NCBI RefSeq assembly: GCF_006345805.1
Contig: NC_043020.1
Location: forward strand, 5,146,001-5,210,000
DNA: 64,000 bases
Direction of reading: 5' to 3'
Source of the DNA: Octopus sinensis
Taxonomy: Eukaryota
Each line of letters begins with the position of its first letter. Positions within the stretch are counted from its first letter, which is position 1. Below the pieces are notes generated by a model that was not told the DNA's origin, ran no database searches, and saw only the letters and a list, made by a program, of their open reading frames with translations. Positions 25,412-39,825 of the stretch are shown here, piece after piece. A program made the position numbers and the translations under genes.

Positions 25412-25860
25412 TATCTCTCTATATATAAAGCTGAAGTTGTCTGTGTGTGTGGCAGGTTTGGCAGCCTTCAACTAACACTATCTCCTCCGAGACCCTGCGG
25501 TGCATGTTGACCAAAATTGAGAGCATGGTAGAAGAAAGCTTGCTCTTCCTTCCGTAGAAGAAAAAATTGAAATCGGACCATGTTAACACCAAAAATTATT
25601 TACATCAAAAAGATCCTTTTTTTCCTATGAAAATCCCTATTTTTTACGATCTTTTGACTGCTGTGTCGGCATTTTTCGGTGTATTTCAACCAGGAAAATG
25701 CGATCTGCGTGCTGTTACTATCTACGATGTTCAAGTCAAACCTTCAATGGGTATATTTTGATTTTACAGATTTTTTTTTAGTTATACGTGATGTAAAATA
25801 GTCGATTTTATTCATTTTATAGTGCCCATCCATTTGGTTTCAAAATAACATTTATTTTTT
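25412..25860 (+). mobile_element. Possible Helentron-associated (HINE/DINE-like) non-autonomous element
   Basis: Starts ATCTCTCTATATATAAAGCTGAAGTTGTCTGTGTGTG, a start style remembered from such elements; ends not verified. Confidence 0.4.
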
Positions 25861-27191
25861 CTCTTTTTCTCTTTTTTTTCTCTTTTACTTGTTTCAGTCA
25901 TTTGACTGTGGCCATGCTGGAGCACCGCCTTTTAATCGAGCAACTCGACCCCGGGACTTATTCTTTGTAAGCCCAGTACTTATTCTATCGGTCTCTTTTT
26001 TGCCGAACCGCTAAGTGACGGGGACGTAAACACACCAGCATCGGTTGTCAAGCAATGCTAGGGGAACAAACACACACATATATACATATATACGACAGGC
26101 TTCTTTCTTTCAGTTTCCGCTACCAAATCACTCACAAGGCATTGGTCGGCCCGGGGCTATAGCAGAAGACACTTGCCCCAAGATCCACGCATGGGACTGA
26201 ACCCGGAACCATGTGGTTGGTTAGCAAGCTCTTACCACACAGCCACTCCTGTGACATATATATATATATACATATATACGACAGGCTTCTTTCAGTTTCC
26301 GTCTACCAAATCCACTCACAAGGCATTGGTCGGCCCGGGGCTATAGCAGAAGACACTTGCCCAAGATGCCACGCAGTGGGACTGAACCCGGAACCATGTG
26401 GTTGGTTAGCAAGCTACTTACCACACAGCCACTCCTGTGCCTATGTTTTTTTTTTTTTTTTTTTTTTTTTTTTTGTAACCACAAACTTTTCATACTAACG
26501 TTTTGGATTTTCCTGTACTTTTGCAAAAATTCCAATTCTAAAGGGTCGAAACAAACCAAACCAAAGCAACGCTGGGCGATACTTCTAGTAACAATTAAAA
26601 TTAAACAATGTAAAACTCCCGAAAGTGGAGGCGCTTTAAGTTTGCTCTGGAAAAACGGCCACGTTCGGATGGTTCTCTTACGTGCCACCGGCATTGGTAT
26701 CACAGCTACAAATTCCATTGATGTTGACCGATATCTTTTCCTTTTCGTTGGACTTGGCCATGCTGGAGCACTGCATCTCAGGGTTTAGTTGGAGGACAAA
26801 TCAACTCCTTTTTAAAGTCTGGTAGTTTTACCGGTCTGTTTTAACCGGACTGCCAGATTATAGGAACATAAACAAACCAACACTGTTTGTCAAGCAGTGG
26901 TGGGGGACATTAGATGCATCATCATCGTTTAACGTATGCCTTCCGTGCTGGCATGGGTTGGACTTGTTTCAGTCATATGACTGTGGCCATGCTGGACCAC
27001 CACCTTCAAAGGTTTTTTTAGTTGAAGAAATTGACTCCAAGACTTATTCTTTGTAAGCCTAGTACTTATTCTGTTGGTCTCTTTTGCTGAACCGCTAAGA
27101 TCCGGGGATGTAAACACACCAAAATCGGTTATCAAGCGATAGTTGGGTGGGGCAACATAGACAAATATATATACATACATACACACACAAA

Positions 27192-27247
<56 letters not shown>

Positions 27248-27676
27248 AATGAGGCGCAGGAGTGGCTGTGTGGTAAGTAGCTTGCTTACCAACTTCATGG
27301 TTCCGGGTTCAGTCTCACTGCGTGGCACCTTGGGCAAGTGTCTTCTGCTATAGCCTCGGGCCAACCAATGCCTTGTGAGTGGATTTGGTAGACGGAAACT
27401 GAAAAAAGCCTGTTGTATATATGTATATATATACATGTATGTGTGCCTGTGTTTGTCACCCTAGTATTGCTTGACAACCTATGCTGGTGTGTTTACGTCC
27501 CTGTCACTTAGCAGTTCGGCAAAAGAGACCGATAGAATAAGTACTGGGCTTACAAAGAATAAGTCCCGGGGTCGATTTGCTACGACTAAAGGTGGTGCTC
27601 CAGCATGGCCACAATCGGATGACTGAAACAAGTGAAAGAGTACACACACACACACAAATGTATGTATATGTATGTA

Positions 27677-28265
27677 TATCATCATCATCATCATCATTTA
27701 ACGTCCGCTTTCCATGCTAGCATGGGTTGGACGGTTCAACTGGGGTCTGGGGAGCCCGAAAGCTGACCCAGTCCAGTCAGATCTGGCAGTTTTCTACAGC
27801 TGGATGCCCTTCCTAACGCCAACCACTCCGAGAGTGTAGTAGTGGTGATTTTATGTGCCACCGACACACAGGTGCCAGACGAGGCTGGCAAACGGCCACG
27901 CTGGATGGTGTTTTTATGTGCCACCGACAAAGGTGCCGACGAGGCGGGCAGACGGCCACGCTCGGATGGTGTTTGTTACGTGCCCACAGCACGGAGGCCA
28001 GTCGATGCGGTACTGGCTACGGCCACGTTCGTATGGTTTTTTTGTGTGCCACCGGCACTGGTACCACAAAGATACAAATTCCATTGATGTTCATCTATTT
28101 TGATTTGTTTTGATTTTCACTTGCCTCAACAGGTCTACACAAGTGTCACAAGAAGGAAGGTATGCACAGTGGATGACTACGTCCCAGGTAGGGCCACAGG
28201 TTCTGGCCTGACTAGTCTTGCCGGGTCTTCGGATGGATGGTGTTTTTATGTGGCCACCGACCACA
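27677..28265 (-). mobile_element. RTE-type 3' UTR family copy with internal repeat modules
   Basis: Reverse complement of modules seen at 49141-50600; (CAT)n tail on plus strand. Confidence 0.8.
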
Positions 28266-28273
28266 GGTGCCAG

Positions 28274-28317
<44 letters not shown>

Positions 28318-28461
28318 TACGACAGGCTTCTTTTCAGTTTCCGTCTACCTTCCGTCTGAAGGCTATAGTAGAAGACTTGCCCAAGGTGCCACGCAGTGGG
28401 ACTGAACCCGGAGCAATGTGGTTGGGAACCAAACTTCTTACCACACAGCCACGCCTACATC

Positions 28462-28496
<35 letters not shown>

Positions 28497-29362
28497 TGGG
28501 CTTCTATAGAGTTTCTGAGTACCAAATCCACTCACAAGGCTTTGTTCCAGGGCTATAGTAGAAGGCATTTTTGCTGAAGGTTCTGTGCAGTGGGATTGAA
28601 CCTCAGACCATATGGTTGGGAACCAAACTTCTCGACATATCTGTAATCCATTGATTGGGATTTTGAAGCTTCAACAGTTGTGACTTCGCACGCGTGGGTA
28701 CAGACACACACCCACATTGATGTCTATACATGACTTCAAACAACCTTTTATTTGCACACGTTTTACTACTACTACCACCACCACAACCTGTTTTTTATCT
28801 GCCTACACACACACACACACACACAACACACACATTACATTATTTCTGTGTGTGACTGACTTTGCTCTACAAACATTTCATTCATTCACACACATACATT
28901 TCAGAAATGACAGGTGATTGTATTTCTGTGTGTGTATATATATATATATATATATAGGTATTAGTGACTATGTAAATTTTCATATATATGTGTGTGTGTG
29001 TGTGTGTGTATATATATGTGTGTGTATATATATATATATGTTGTGTGTGTATATATATATATGTGTGTGTGTAATATTATGTGTCTGTGTGTGTGTATAT
29101 TATATGTGTGTGTGTGTATATATATATGTGTGTGTGTGTATATATATGTGTGTGTGTGTATATTATGTGTTGTGTGTGTATATATAGTGTGTGTTGTGTG
29201 TTATATATATGTGTTGTGTGTATATATATGGTGTGGTGTGTATGTATATATGTCTGTGTGTGTGTGTGTGTGTATATATGTGTGGTGTATGTTATATGTC
29301 TGTGGTGTGTGTGTATATGTGGTGTGTGTATATCTATATATATGTGTGTATGTGTGTGTGTG

Positions 29363-29407
<45 letters not shown>

Positions 29408-30332
29408 GTGTGTGTATATACACACACACACACACACTATATAATGTAGGGCGGGGCATGTTTCTTATGCATAGACAGAATTTCTGTCCATTGTGGCTGG
29501 GTGAATCTCTTTATCTTGTGTGTCTTTTATATTAGAAATGTTTGTACTTGTTTGCTGTATAGAGAGATGTTTGTTCTTTTTATTAATGACCCCATTCAGT
29601 GTGTGTCCCCACCCTCTGTTATTTTCACTCCCATGTACACATCATATTGCCCTTGCTGTGTTATATAGCTTTTTTATTTTTATTTTATCTAATTTTTTTA
29701 CTCATAAAAGCCATCAGGCTGTGGCCATGCTGGAGCACCACCCTGAAATTTTTTTTTTAAGCGTGATACTTATTCTATCAGTTGTTTTTGCTGAGCCGCT
29801 AAATTATGGAGATGCAAACACACCAACACCGGTTGTCAAGTGGTGGTGGTGGTGGGACAAATGGACAAACACAGACAGAAAGACACAAACACACATACAT
29901 ACATACATACATTCATATACACGCATATATGTGCATGTATATATATATTATATATATTCTTTTAGTTGTTTCAGTCATTTGACTGTAGCCATACTGGAGC
30001 ACTGCCTTTAGTCGAGCAAATCGACCCCATGACTTATTCTTTGTAATCCTAGTACTTATTCTATCCATCTCTTTTGCCAAACCGCTAAGTTACGGGGACG
30101 TAAACACACCAGTATCGGTTGTCAAGTGATGTTGGGGGGACAAACACAGGCACACAAACTCTGATTAATGCTGGTAAGCATTTGACCAGGCATGCTAATT
30201 ATTCCACCAGCTCACAGCTTCAAAACATGATATCAACATGAGTTTCAGCCTTGGATCTCAAAATAAGCATGACCACGATAAAGCACAAAAACACCAGATT
30301 TATAGATAAGAGAGGGTCTTCTTCACTTAAAT

Positions 30333-30928
30333 CAGTGATTCTTAACGAGGGGCCCATGTAAGATTTTGTTCTTAATATTCATTTGCAATAAATTGCTCAT
30401 ACTTCAACAATATGCAAAAATGTTTTAATAATGTTTTTATAAAATATCTCATATTTAATTTACTCTTTTACTTGTTTCAGTCATTTGACTGCGGCCATGC
30501 TGGAGCACCACCTTTAATCGAGCAACTCGTCGACCCCAGGACTTATTCTTTGTAAGCCCAGTACTTATTCCATCGGTCTGTTTTGCCGAACTGCTAAGTG
30601 ACGGGGACATAAACACACCAGCATCGGTTGTCAAGCAATGCTAGGGGGGGACAAACACAGACACACAAACACACACGCACACATATATATATATATCCAC
30701 TCACAAGGCATTGGTCGGCCCGGGGCTATAGCAGAAGACACTTGCCCAAGGTGCCACGCAGTGGGACTGAACCCGGAACCATGTGGTTGGTAAGCAAGCT
30801 ACTTACCACACAGCCACTCCTGCGCCTATAAAAATATTTTTTAAACATTGAATGGCTATGGGGGTCCACCTAATAAAAAAAAAAAGGGATCAAAAGGGCC
30901 CATAGACATAAATGTTTACGAACCACTG
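30333..30928. mobile_element. hAT-type MITE interrupted by a SINE1 copy (about 30460-30830)
   Basis: CAGTGATTCTTAAC / GTTTACGAACCACTG termini; decayed TSD ACTTAAAT / AGTTGAAT. Confidence 0.65.
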
Positions 30929-31292
30929 AGTTGAATCAAGGCAACTTACTTGACTACTTGTAGTTTTTAAAAATTTTTATTTGAATGACCCCTGGAAGAA
31001 TAAAAGGTGAAATCTGTGTTTGACAGGAATTGAACTCACTACAGTAGGTATCGTATATGGTATTTTGTCAAGTGAGAGCAACCAGGAAGTTGTGATGTTT
31101 GTCTTGTTTAATGATTTATTTAGACAAACTGACAGATTTTCGAGTGTGTGTGTGTGTGTGTGTTCCGCATAGTTGCGTTTCTATATTACTGTGTGTATAT
31201 ATTCATGCTGACATATTTGTGTATATCTAGGAAGTTCTTGGCTTTGGGTAAAAGAAAATACAGGCGGATCAGTTAATTATGATTTTATGCAA

Positions 31293-31655
31293 CACTAGCA
31301 CTATGACTCGGCGTTGCCGGGTCATAGTGCTAGTGCATGCATATACAGCTGCGTGTATGCACACATACACGCGAGTACTGTCCAAATCTCCGACCAGTCA
31401 CATACAGCTAGCTGGCATTCAATTGGCATATCAAGTTTCGGGCATTTTGATTGGGTTTGGGATAGAAAATTCACAAAAAAGTCACTTCTGTTGATTTTTT
31501 AATGGCTTTGCGGGGTGACTGGGGAAATGTTAAGATGTGCACGAACATCCTTGGATGGTTTTGAATGACCATAGAAAGTGCGAACTCTCTAACTGAAAAA
31601 TTGTGGATTTGTATAAAGGACACACACACAGACCAGACGTTTTGCCGTATATATA
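31293..31655 (+). mobile_element. Possible Helentron-associated element beginning with a 20-bp-stem hairpin
   Basis: CACTAGCACTATGACTCGGC-GTT-GCCGGGTCATAGTGCTAGTG (31293-31335); 3' end GTGGATTTGTATAAAGGACACACAC...TATATA. Confidence 0.5.
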
Positions 31656-32214
31656 TATATATATTATATATAGTCTGGTGCAGGATTGTGCCTGTCAAGC
31701 CATTCCACCCATGCCAGTATGGGAGGCAGATGTTAAACAATGATGATGATGATGTACATACACGGAATAAGAAGTGTTTAGGCCACTGGTGATCTAAACT
31801 AAGAGGTATGCTGTGTGAGTGCTCCAAATGATAAGCCACTGGGAGCCAAGTTCACAACACAACGAGGGCTAGCGTTGGAGATCTGTGGTCTACTTCTGAG
31901 TCAGCAGATATAAAGTAAAGAAAGTGGAAATCATAATCAAGATAGGAAAAGCTTATCAGATCATTTAATTAATTTTAATGGTGTACATTAAGTACAAATA
32001 AATGTCGGACAGCTGTTTCTGGTGTATCCCAGGTAATAGTCAGTGTGCTGATCTGCCTGCCTACCTGCGTATATTCATGTTGGTGCCTGTATGTGTATCT
32101 ATGTAAGCATGTGTTTATTGTGCAGGCATGTATGTATGTATATTTATGTTGATACATGTGTGTATATCTGTGTGTGTGTGTCTGTGTGTGTGTATGTAGT
32201 CATGTGGCTATATA

Positions 32215-32575
32215 CGAGGGTGAATCAAAAAGTAATGCCATTTTGTTTAGGACAGGTATAATTACCAGCACAGGAACATGTATCATACATCAAAATGAAG
32301 CTGGTCCTCTGTGGATCACATCCCTACTTCTCAACATAGTGACGAGGAAGTGAAAACTGTAGTGAAGAAGTGGCTCAAAGAACAGTCAACAGAATTTTAC
32401 GGGGCAGGGATACATGCTCTCATTCGAAGGTGGAACATTGCTATTGAGAGAAACGGTGACTATGTTGAGAAGTAGGGATGTGATCCACAGAGGACCGGCT
32501 TCATTTTGATGTATGATGCATGTTCCTTTGTTGGTAATTACACCTATCCTGGCATTACTTTTTGACTCACCCTCG
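32215..32575 (+). mobile_element. Mariner-derived MITE with about 125-bp inverted arms
   Basis: TA-CGAGGG...CCCTCG-TA; interior encodes DEEVKTVVKKWLKEQSTEFYGAGIHALIRRWNIAIERNGDYVEK*, a mariner transposase C-terminus. Confidence 0.9.
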
Positions 32576-33077
32576 TATTTATGTAGGTGTATATGTATCT
32601 TTGACCTTTTGCTTGTTTGTCATTGGAATATGGCCATGCTGGGGCACTGCTCCAGAAGGCTTTCAGTTCAATGAATCAACCCTAGTAATTAAGTCTCCTT
32701 TAGAAGTCTGTTACTTAATCTGTTAGACTATTTTGTTGAACTGCTAAGTCACAATGACTTAAGCCGATGCCAGTCGTTGGACATTCACGCATGTGTGACA
32801 GGCTTCTTTCAGTTTCCGTCTACCAAATCCACTCACAAGGCTATAGTAGAAGACACTTGCTCAAGTGGTGACACAGTGGAATTGAACCTGGAACCATGTT
32901 ATTGAGAAGTAAACTTACTACACAACCATGATGATGCATTGTATGTCTGTGAATGTGTGTGTGTTTGCATCTGTATTGGCTTGTATGTATCTGTGTAAGC
33001 ATGTGTTTGTGTATGTATATACATTGTGTGTGTATGTCATGGATATGTGTGTTTGTCAATGTGTGATTGTCTGCATA

Positions 33078-33366
33078 GTTAAGTTAATTTTTTGACTCAA
33101 AAAACAAAAAGCAAGGCCATGTAGGGGGACATGGAGTTATGTACAGGGTGGTGTTCGTGTAAAGAGTTCAGGCCATTTCTGGTCAAGAGAGACTTTGAAC
33201 CGAGCGGTCGTCGGCATCTTCATTATCTCGTCTGGCAGCTTATTCAACGGATCCGCAACCCGGACGGAGAAAGCCCCTCTCCTTCGATTGAGATGAAATC
33301 GTCGCAGATAGAACTTTTCAGAGTGACCCCGCAGCCGACGCTCTGGAATGTAGCTTTGTGTGGTTA
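33078..33366 (-). mobile_element. CR1/L2-group LINE 3' end
   Basis: Minus strand RLRGHSEKFYLRRFHLNRRRGAFSVRVADPLNKLPDEIMKMPTTARFKVSLDQKW. Confidence 0.85.
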
Positions 33367-33438
33367 GCTATATGAATACGTCTCAATGTAAATGAGTGTT
33401 GTGTGTGTGTATATACCTTCAGCAATAATAGTAATAAT

Positions 33439-33538
33439 NNNNNNNNNNNNNNNNNNNNNNNNNNNNNNNNNNNNNNNNNNNNNNNNNNNNNNNNNNNNNN
33501 NNNNNNNNNNNNNNNNNNNNNNNNNNNNNNNNNNNNNN
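33439..33538. other. Assembly gap (100 N)
   Basis: Run of N; true size unknown. Confidence 1.
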
Positions 33539-33614
33539 AATGTGTGTATATATGTATGTGTGTGTGTGCACATACATACATACATTTATATATATATATA
33601 TAAATATATATATA

Positions 33615-33661
<47 letters not shown>

Positions 33662-34145
33662 ATATATAATAATATGTGTGGTGTAAATAGATTGGAATTT
33701 AGAAGCAAAAGAAAAAGAGTACTCGAAAACTTATGTAGAGTGAAATATTTTATAATTTTGAAGTACAAAAGTCTTTTCTGTTCCACCAAATACATACATA
33801 TATAATATATATATAGATATATATCTTATAATATATCTCATATCTATATATATATACATCCATACACACACACACACCACACCACACACACACATATATG
33901 TATATATATATATGCATGTAGGTATTGTGAAACCGATTGGTCAGATTGACCATACTGGATATATAATACTTTGATTAAAATATGTACATACACACATATA
34001 TACACACATGCATACATGCACATATATACATATATATATACATTTATGTATACACATATATACATATGCCTATATATACATACATATATATATACATTAC
34101 GTATACATATGAATATACATATGCACATATACATACATAAATGCA

Positions 34146-34186
<41 letters not shown>

Positions 34187-34380
34187 AACCCATATTAAGA
34201 TATTGTGCAAAAGATAATTTTTTTAAATATCAAGAAAAAACTTTACAGCAAAACTTTAAAACATTTAAAAATATAAGATTAAAGAAAAAAACAAATAAAT
34301 ATTGAGAAGGAAAAAGCAAGAACAAAATACCATTTTTTGTTTTCTATTTCTTTCCCCCTTTTTGTTTTCTGTGTAACAAA

Positions 34381-34411
<31 letters not shown>

Positions 34412-34421
34412 ATATATATAT

Positions 34422-34459
<38 letters not shown>

Positions 34460-34463
34460 GTGT

Positions 34464-34496
<33 letters not shown>

Positions 34497-34497
34497 A

Positions 34498-35278
34498 CAG
34501 TGTGGCCAATAGTCCCCTGACGGTAATCAAAATAATTCAATTCCAATTTTTATTTATGTTTAACCTTTTCATTACTGTATTTCTGTTGAGATGCTCTGTG
34601 TTTCTTTCAATTATTTTAAATATAACAAAGAATTTAGTAAAATAACTTAGTTATCATTCAGCTAGTGTTAGGAACATAAATTGTGACTAAAGTTTGGTGG
34701 AAGATTTTAATTCAGAACTTGTGAAAACAAGACATATGTATTACAGAGCCAGAGTTGGTTGCAGCCAGGTTGGTAACGAAAGGGTTAAGAGAAGCTATTT
34801 AAGGAAGAAAGAATGATTTTATTGCTGTTGAGGTCATCTTCACCTTTCATATCTTCAACATCAATACTAATGGGACCTGTGGAAATTCCACAGAGTGAAA
34901 AGGATTAACCCTTTTGTTACCATATTTCTGTTGAGATGCTCTGTGTTTCTTTCAATTACTTTTAAATATAACAAAGAATTTAGTAAAATAGATTCGTTAT
35001 CATTCAGCTAGTGTTAGGAACATAAATTGTGACTAAGATTTTAATTCAGAACTTATGAAAACAAGACATTTGTACTACAGAGCCAGAACCGGTTTCAGCC
35101 GGGTTGGTAACGAAAGGGTTAACAACTGAATGAATTTAATAAAAACAACAAAGCATCAAGAAAATTGTTCAAACCGAAGTCCCTCTTGAACGACACATCT
35201 TTCCATTTGAGTTACAGAATTACAGACAGTATTTATGGAATTTTGATTTACTGCTGGATGACTTTTGGCCAACCCCTG
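34498..35278. mobile_element. Tc1-like MITE hosting the composite piggyBac-type insertion
   Basis: TA-CAGTGTGGCCAATAGTC at left is an imperfect match to the reverse complement of GACTTTTGGCCAACCCCTG-TA at right; both in (TA)n. Confidence 0.55.
34564..35118. mobile_element. Composite unit: piggyBac-type MITE + 116-bp spacer + MITE, all bounded by TTAA
   Basis: MITE 34564-34784, spacer 34789-34904, MITE 34909-35118; TTAA at all four junctions. Confidence 0.85.
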
Positions 35279-35723
35279 TATATATATACATATATATATA
35301 TATACATATAAGTACATATATATATATATATATACATATGTATGTATATATATTTTTTTATATTATTTTTTTAAATTCTATGTAATGCAATTATTTCTTT
35401 CCCTCTCCTGTCCCAATGCTTTTTTTCTTTTTTTTACTGCTTAAATTTACCTTGTTTTTTTTATTATTTCTGTTTTATATTTAACAACAACAACAGCAAC
35501 AGCAACAACAAGCGTTCAAAAACATAAGAGTTAACTGGCATGGCTGTGTAGTTAAGGTACTCTCTTTGTAACCACAAGATTTGGGTTCAGTCCTTCTATG
35601 TGGCACCTTGGGCAAGTGTCTTCTTTTATAGCCCCAAACAGACCAAAGCCTTGTTAGAGGATTGCTTAACAGAAACTGAAAAAAGCCACTTATGTACATA
35701 TATATATATATGTATATGTATAT

Positions 35724-35755
<32 letters not shown>

Positions 35756-35769
35756 ATTAGTAATATATA

Positions 35770-35852
<83 letters not shown>

Positions 35853-37608
35853 CACACACACATATATATATTCTTTGGCGATTTTAATTGTTTCATCATT
35901 TGACTGCAGCCATGCTGGAGCACCGCCGTTAATCAGACAAATTGACCACAGACTATCTTTGTAAGTCTAGTATTTTTTTCCGAACTGCTAAGTTACAGGG
36001 ACATAAACACACCAACCTTGGTTGTCAAGCAATGGTGGTGGGGACAAACACAGACACACAAACATATATATATATATATATATATGACAGGCTTAAATTT
36101 CCATCTACCAAATCCACTCACAAGGCTTTGGTTGTCCCGAGCCTATAGTAGAAGACACTTGTCCAAGGTGCCACGCAGAGGAACTGAACCTGGAACCATA
36201 TGGTTGGGAAGCAAATTTCTTACCACACAGCCATGCCTCATCCAACTTTACATTGTGAGTTGAAATTCTGTAAAGGTCAACTTTGCCTTTCATCCTTTCG
36301 TGGTCGATAAATTAAGTACCAGTTGAGCACTGGAGTCAGTGTAATCAACTGTCCACCTCCCCCAAATTTCAGGCTTTGTGCCTATTATAGAAAGGATTAT
36401 TATTATTATTATCACTATTATTATTATTAATATGGTTATTAAGGTGACGAGCTGGCAGAATCATTAAAATGCTGGACGAAATGCTTAGCCGTATTTTGTC
36501 CGTTGCTATGTTCGGAGTTCAAATTCTGCTGAGGTCGACTTTGTGTTTCATCCTTTTGGGGTTGATAAATTAAGTACCAGTGAAACACTGGGGTCAGTGT
36601 AATTGACTAGTCCCCCTCCATACAAATTTCAGGCCGTGTGCCTTTAGTAAAAAAGGGTTATTATTATGGCTGTTAGTTCTTCTAGACTTTACATTCTGAG
36701 TTCAAATCCTGCCAAGGTCAACTTTGAATTTCATTCTTTTGGGTGTCAATGAACTATATGTATCAGTTGAGAACTAGCAGCCAAAATTGTTAGCCTTGAA
36801 CCAAAATAAGAAAGGATTATTATTATTATTGTTGTTGTTGTTGTTATGGCAGTGAGGGATCATCAGATGGACAAAATGTTTTCAACTTTTTACATTCCAG
36901 GATCCAGTCCCACCAAGGTCAACTTAGCCTTTCATTTCTTTTCAAGATAAACAGAGTAAAGTACCAGTCAAAAACTGGGGTCAGTGTAACCAACTAACTC
37001 CTTCCCCTAATATTGCTGGCCTTGTGCCAAAATTTGAAACCATTATGATTGTTGTTGTTGCTGTTGTTGTTGATGGTTAGCCCTTTATACCCCCACACCA
37101 CCTCCAGCAGATCAACCACAATTAAGCTAATTATGTAGGTCTAAGTTATCTCTGTACATCATGTCCTTCATATAAAATGGTCAGAGTGCAGAATTAAGGG
37201 AGACTTGGCTGCTATATCTAGCATGTCATGTAGCCACATTTCTGTTCTCTTTGTTATGTTTTTGTCATATTTTTGTTATTGTTTTCTTACTCTTTTTTCT
37301 TCATCATTTCTTTATGTTTGTTGCTGCTGCTGCTGCTGCTACTGCTGCTGCGGCTACTGCTGCTGCTGTTGTTCTGTATGGCAAACGATAAGAGAAATTT
37401 ATCCATGTCACACAAAAATGTGCAGAAAGAGTTTTTTTCCTATATGTGGGAAGAGGATTTTTCTGCGAAATTCCATTCAACCCAGACATTGACCACCACG
37501 TCAAGTTTCTAGCACTGTTCTTCTAATAAATACCTTTTTTTATAATTACAGCCTTGACATATTTAGGCTAAAGTTATATGGATGGTAAATATGTTATTTT
37601 TTCAATAT

Positions 37609-37641
<33 letters not shown>

Positions 37642-37930
37642 GTATGTTATGTAGATATATATAATATATATATATATATTATATATTATATATATATAGT
37701 ATGTATATGTATATATATGTATGTATATATATATATATATATATATTATATACATATATATACAGATATATATATTTATATATATATAGTATTTTATATG
37801 CATATATGTATATCTATATATACATACATACATACATACATATATATATATACATATACATATAAATACATATATATATATATACATTATATACATACAT
37901 ACATATATATGTATATATATATATATATAC

Positions 37931-37983
<53 letters not shown>

Positions 37984-39351
37984 CTATACATACGTATGTA
38001 TGCATATATATATGAATATATATACATACATATATATATATATATTTATATATATATGGTATCTACATACATATATATATACACACACACTCACACACAC
38101 ACACACACACACAAACACACACATACGCGCATACACAAATAAACTATCTCTTTGAATCCATTCTCCTAAATGAGATATTTTCTATTTTGTCCTCCATCAG
38201 CTAAAAATGTTTGTAACCGAAACTATTTTTTTCTTTTTATTCTTATTAATTATATTGAGCTGTTGATCTTGACTTGTTATCCCAATTAAATTGTTACCCC
38301 ATTAAATTGTTAACCCCTTAAATTGTTATCCCATCAAATTGTTTAATTGTTAATTGTCATATTTCTAAACACTGAGATTTAATACTTTCAATCAGCCCTA
38401 ATATCAAGTATGGTTGTATATATGTATATATACCTGTAAGTATGTGTGTATTGGTTTTCAAAGGCATGCATGTGTGTTAATATATATATATATGTGTGTA
38501 TACATATATAACATATATATATATATATATATATATAGATATTATATATACTAATATATATAATATATAATTATATATATATATATTATATATAATATAT
38601 ATATAATATACGTCAGTGTGTATGTGTGTGGTGCATGTATGTGTTTTACAGATTTATATATTTATACACAAATACGTGAACATAATGCTACACATAGCTA
38701 CATGCCTGTATATATATACATGTACTTATAGATACTCTTATTTATATACACACACGCATGATATATATATATATATAATACAATCTATATATATATATAC
38801 TATATATATCTATAATATAATATATATAATATATATAGTTTGATATATTATATAAAATTCAGTAAAAAATTTAGATTCTGTTGAATATGGTACTTAAGTT
38901 AAAGGCACCAGAATTTGGTATGGTATTATCCATATAATTCAAAATGGGGTGATTATAAATATTTATAATATTTGGATATCCTTGTTGCTTATTTTGATTA
39001 TATATATAATATATATAATATTATATATACATTATATATATATATATATATTATATATATTATATATATATATATAATATATATATATATCTATATATAT
39101 ATATATTTGTGTATACAATATACATATACACACACATACATACAATTATAAACATGTGTGCATATATAATATATATATATATATGTATGTATGTATGTAC
39201 ATATACATCTATATATTTGTATATATATATATGTATGTATGTATGTTCATATATATATGTATATATATTGTGTGGTGTGTATATATATATGTATATATTA
39301 TATTTATGTACTATTATAATGGATATATATTATATATATGTGGGGTGTGTG

Positions 39352-39383
<32 letters not shown>

Positions 39384-39750
39384 TATACAAATATATATAC
39401 ATACATATATATAATATATATCTATATATATAAACCATCTGTGTATCATGCTAAAAGTATATACACTGTTAAAAGGCATGATGCTGTAACTTTTGTCTAT
39501 AGTCTTTCAACAGTGCATGAACATACATTTACTATAATACGCAGATAACAGTTTTAATCTAATGCTGTTTCAACTGTGCTGGGCCACTCTGAACTAACTT
39601 TGGTGTCTTTAATCTTTTTTGCTTCAAGCTAAAATTTTCCTCCATGGAAAAACTGCAATGAAAATACCTCTTTACAGGTCAAATATGTCACAAACATCGT
39701 GAACTGGTCAAAAGGTCACTTATTTTAAGCCAATGTTTCATGCAATACCC

Positions 39751-39781
<31 letters not shown>

Positions 39782-39791
39782 TGTATGTATG

Positions 39792-39825
<34 letters not shown>

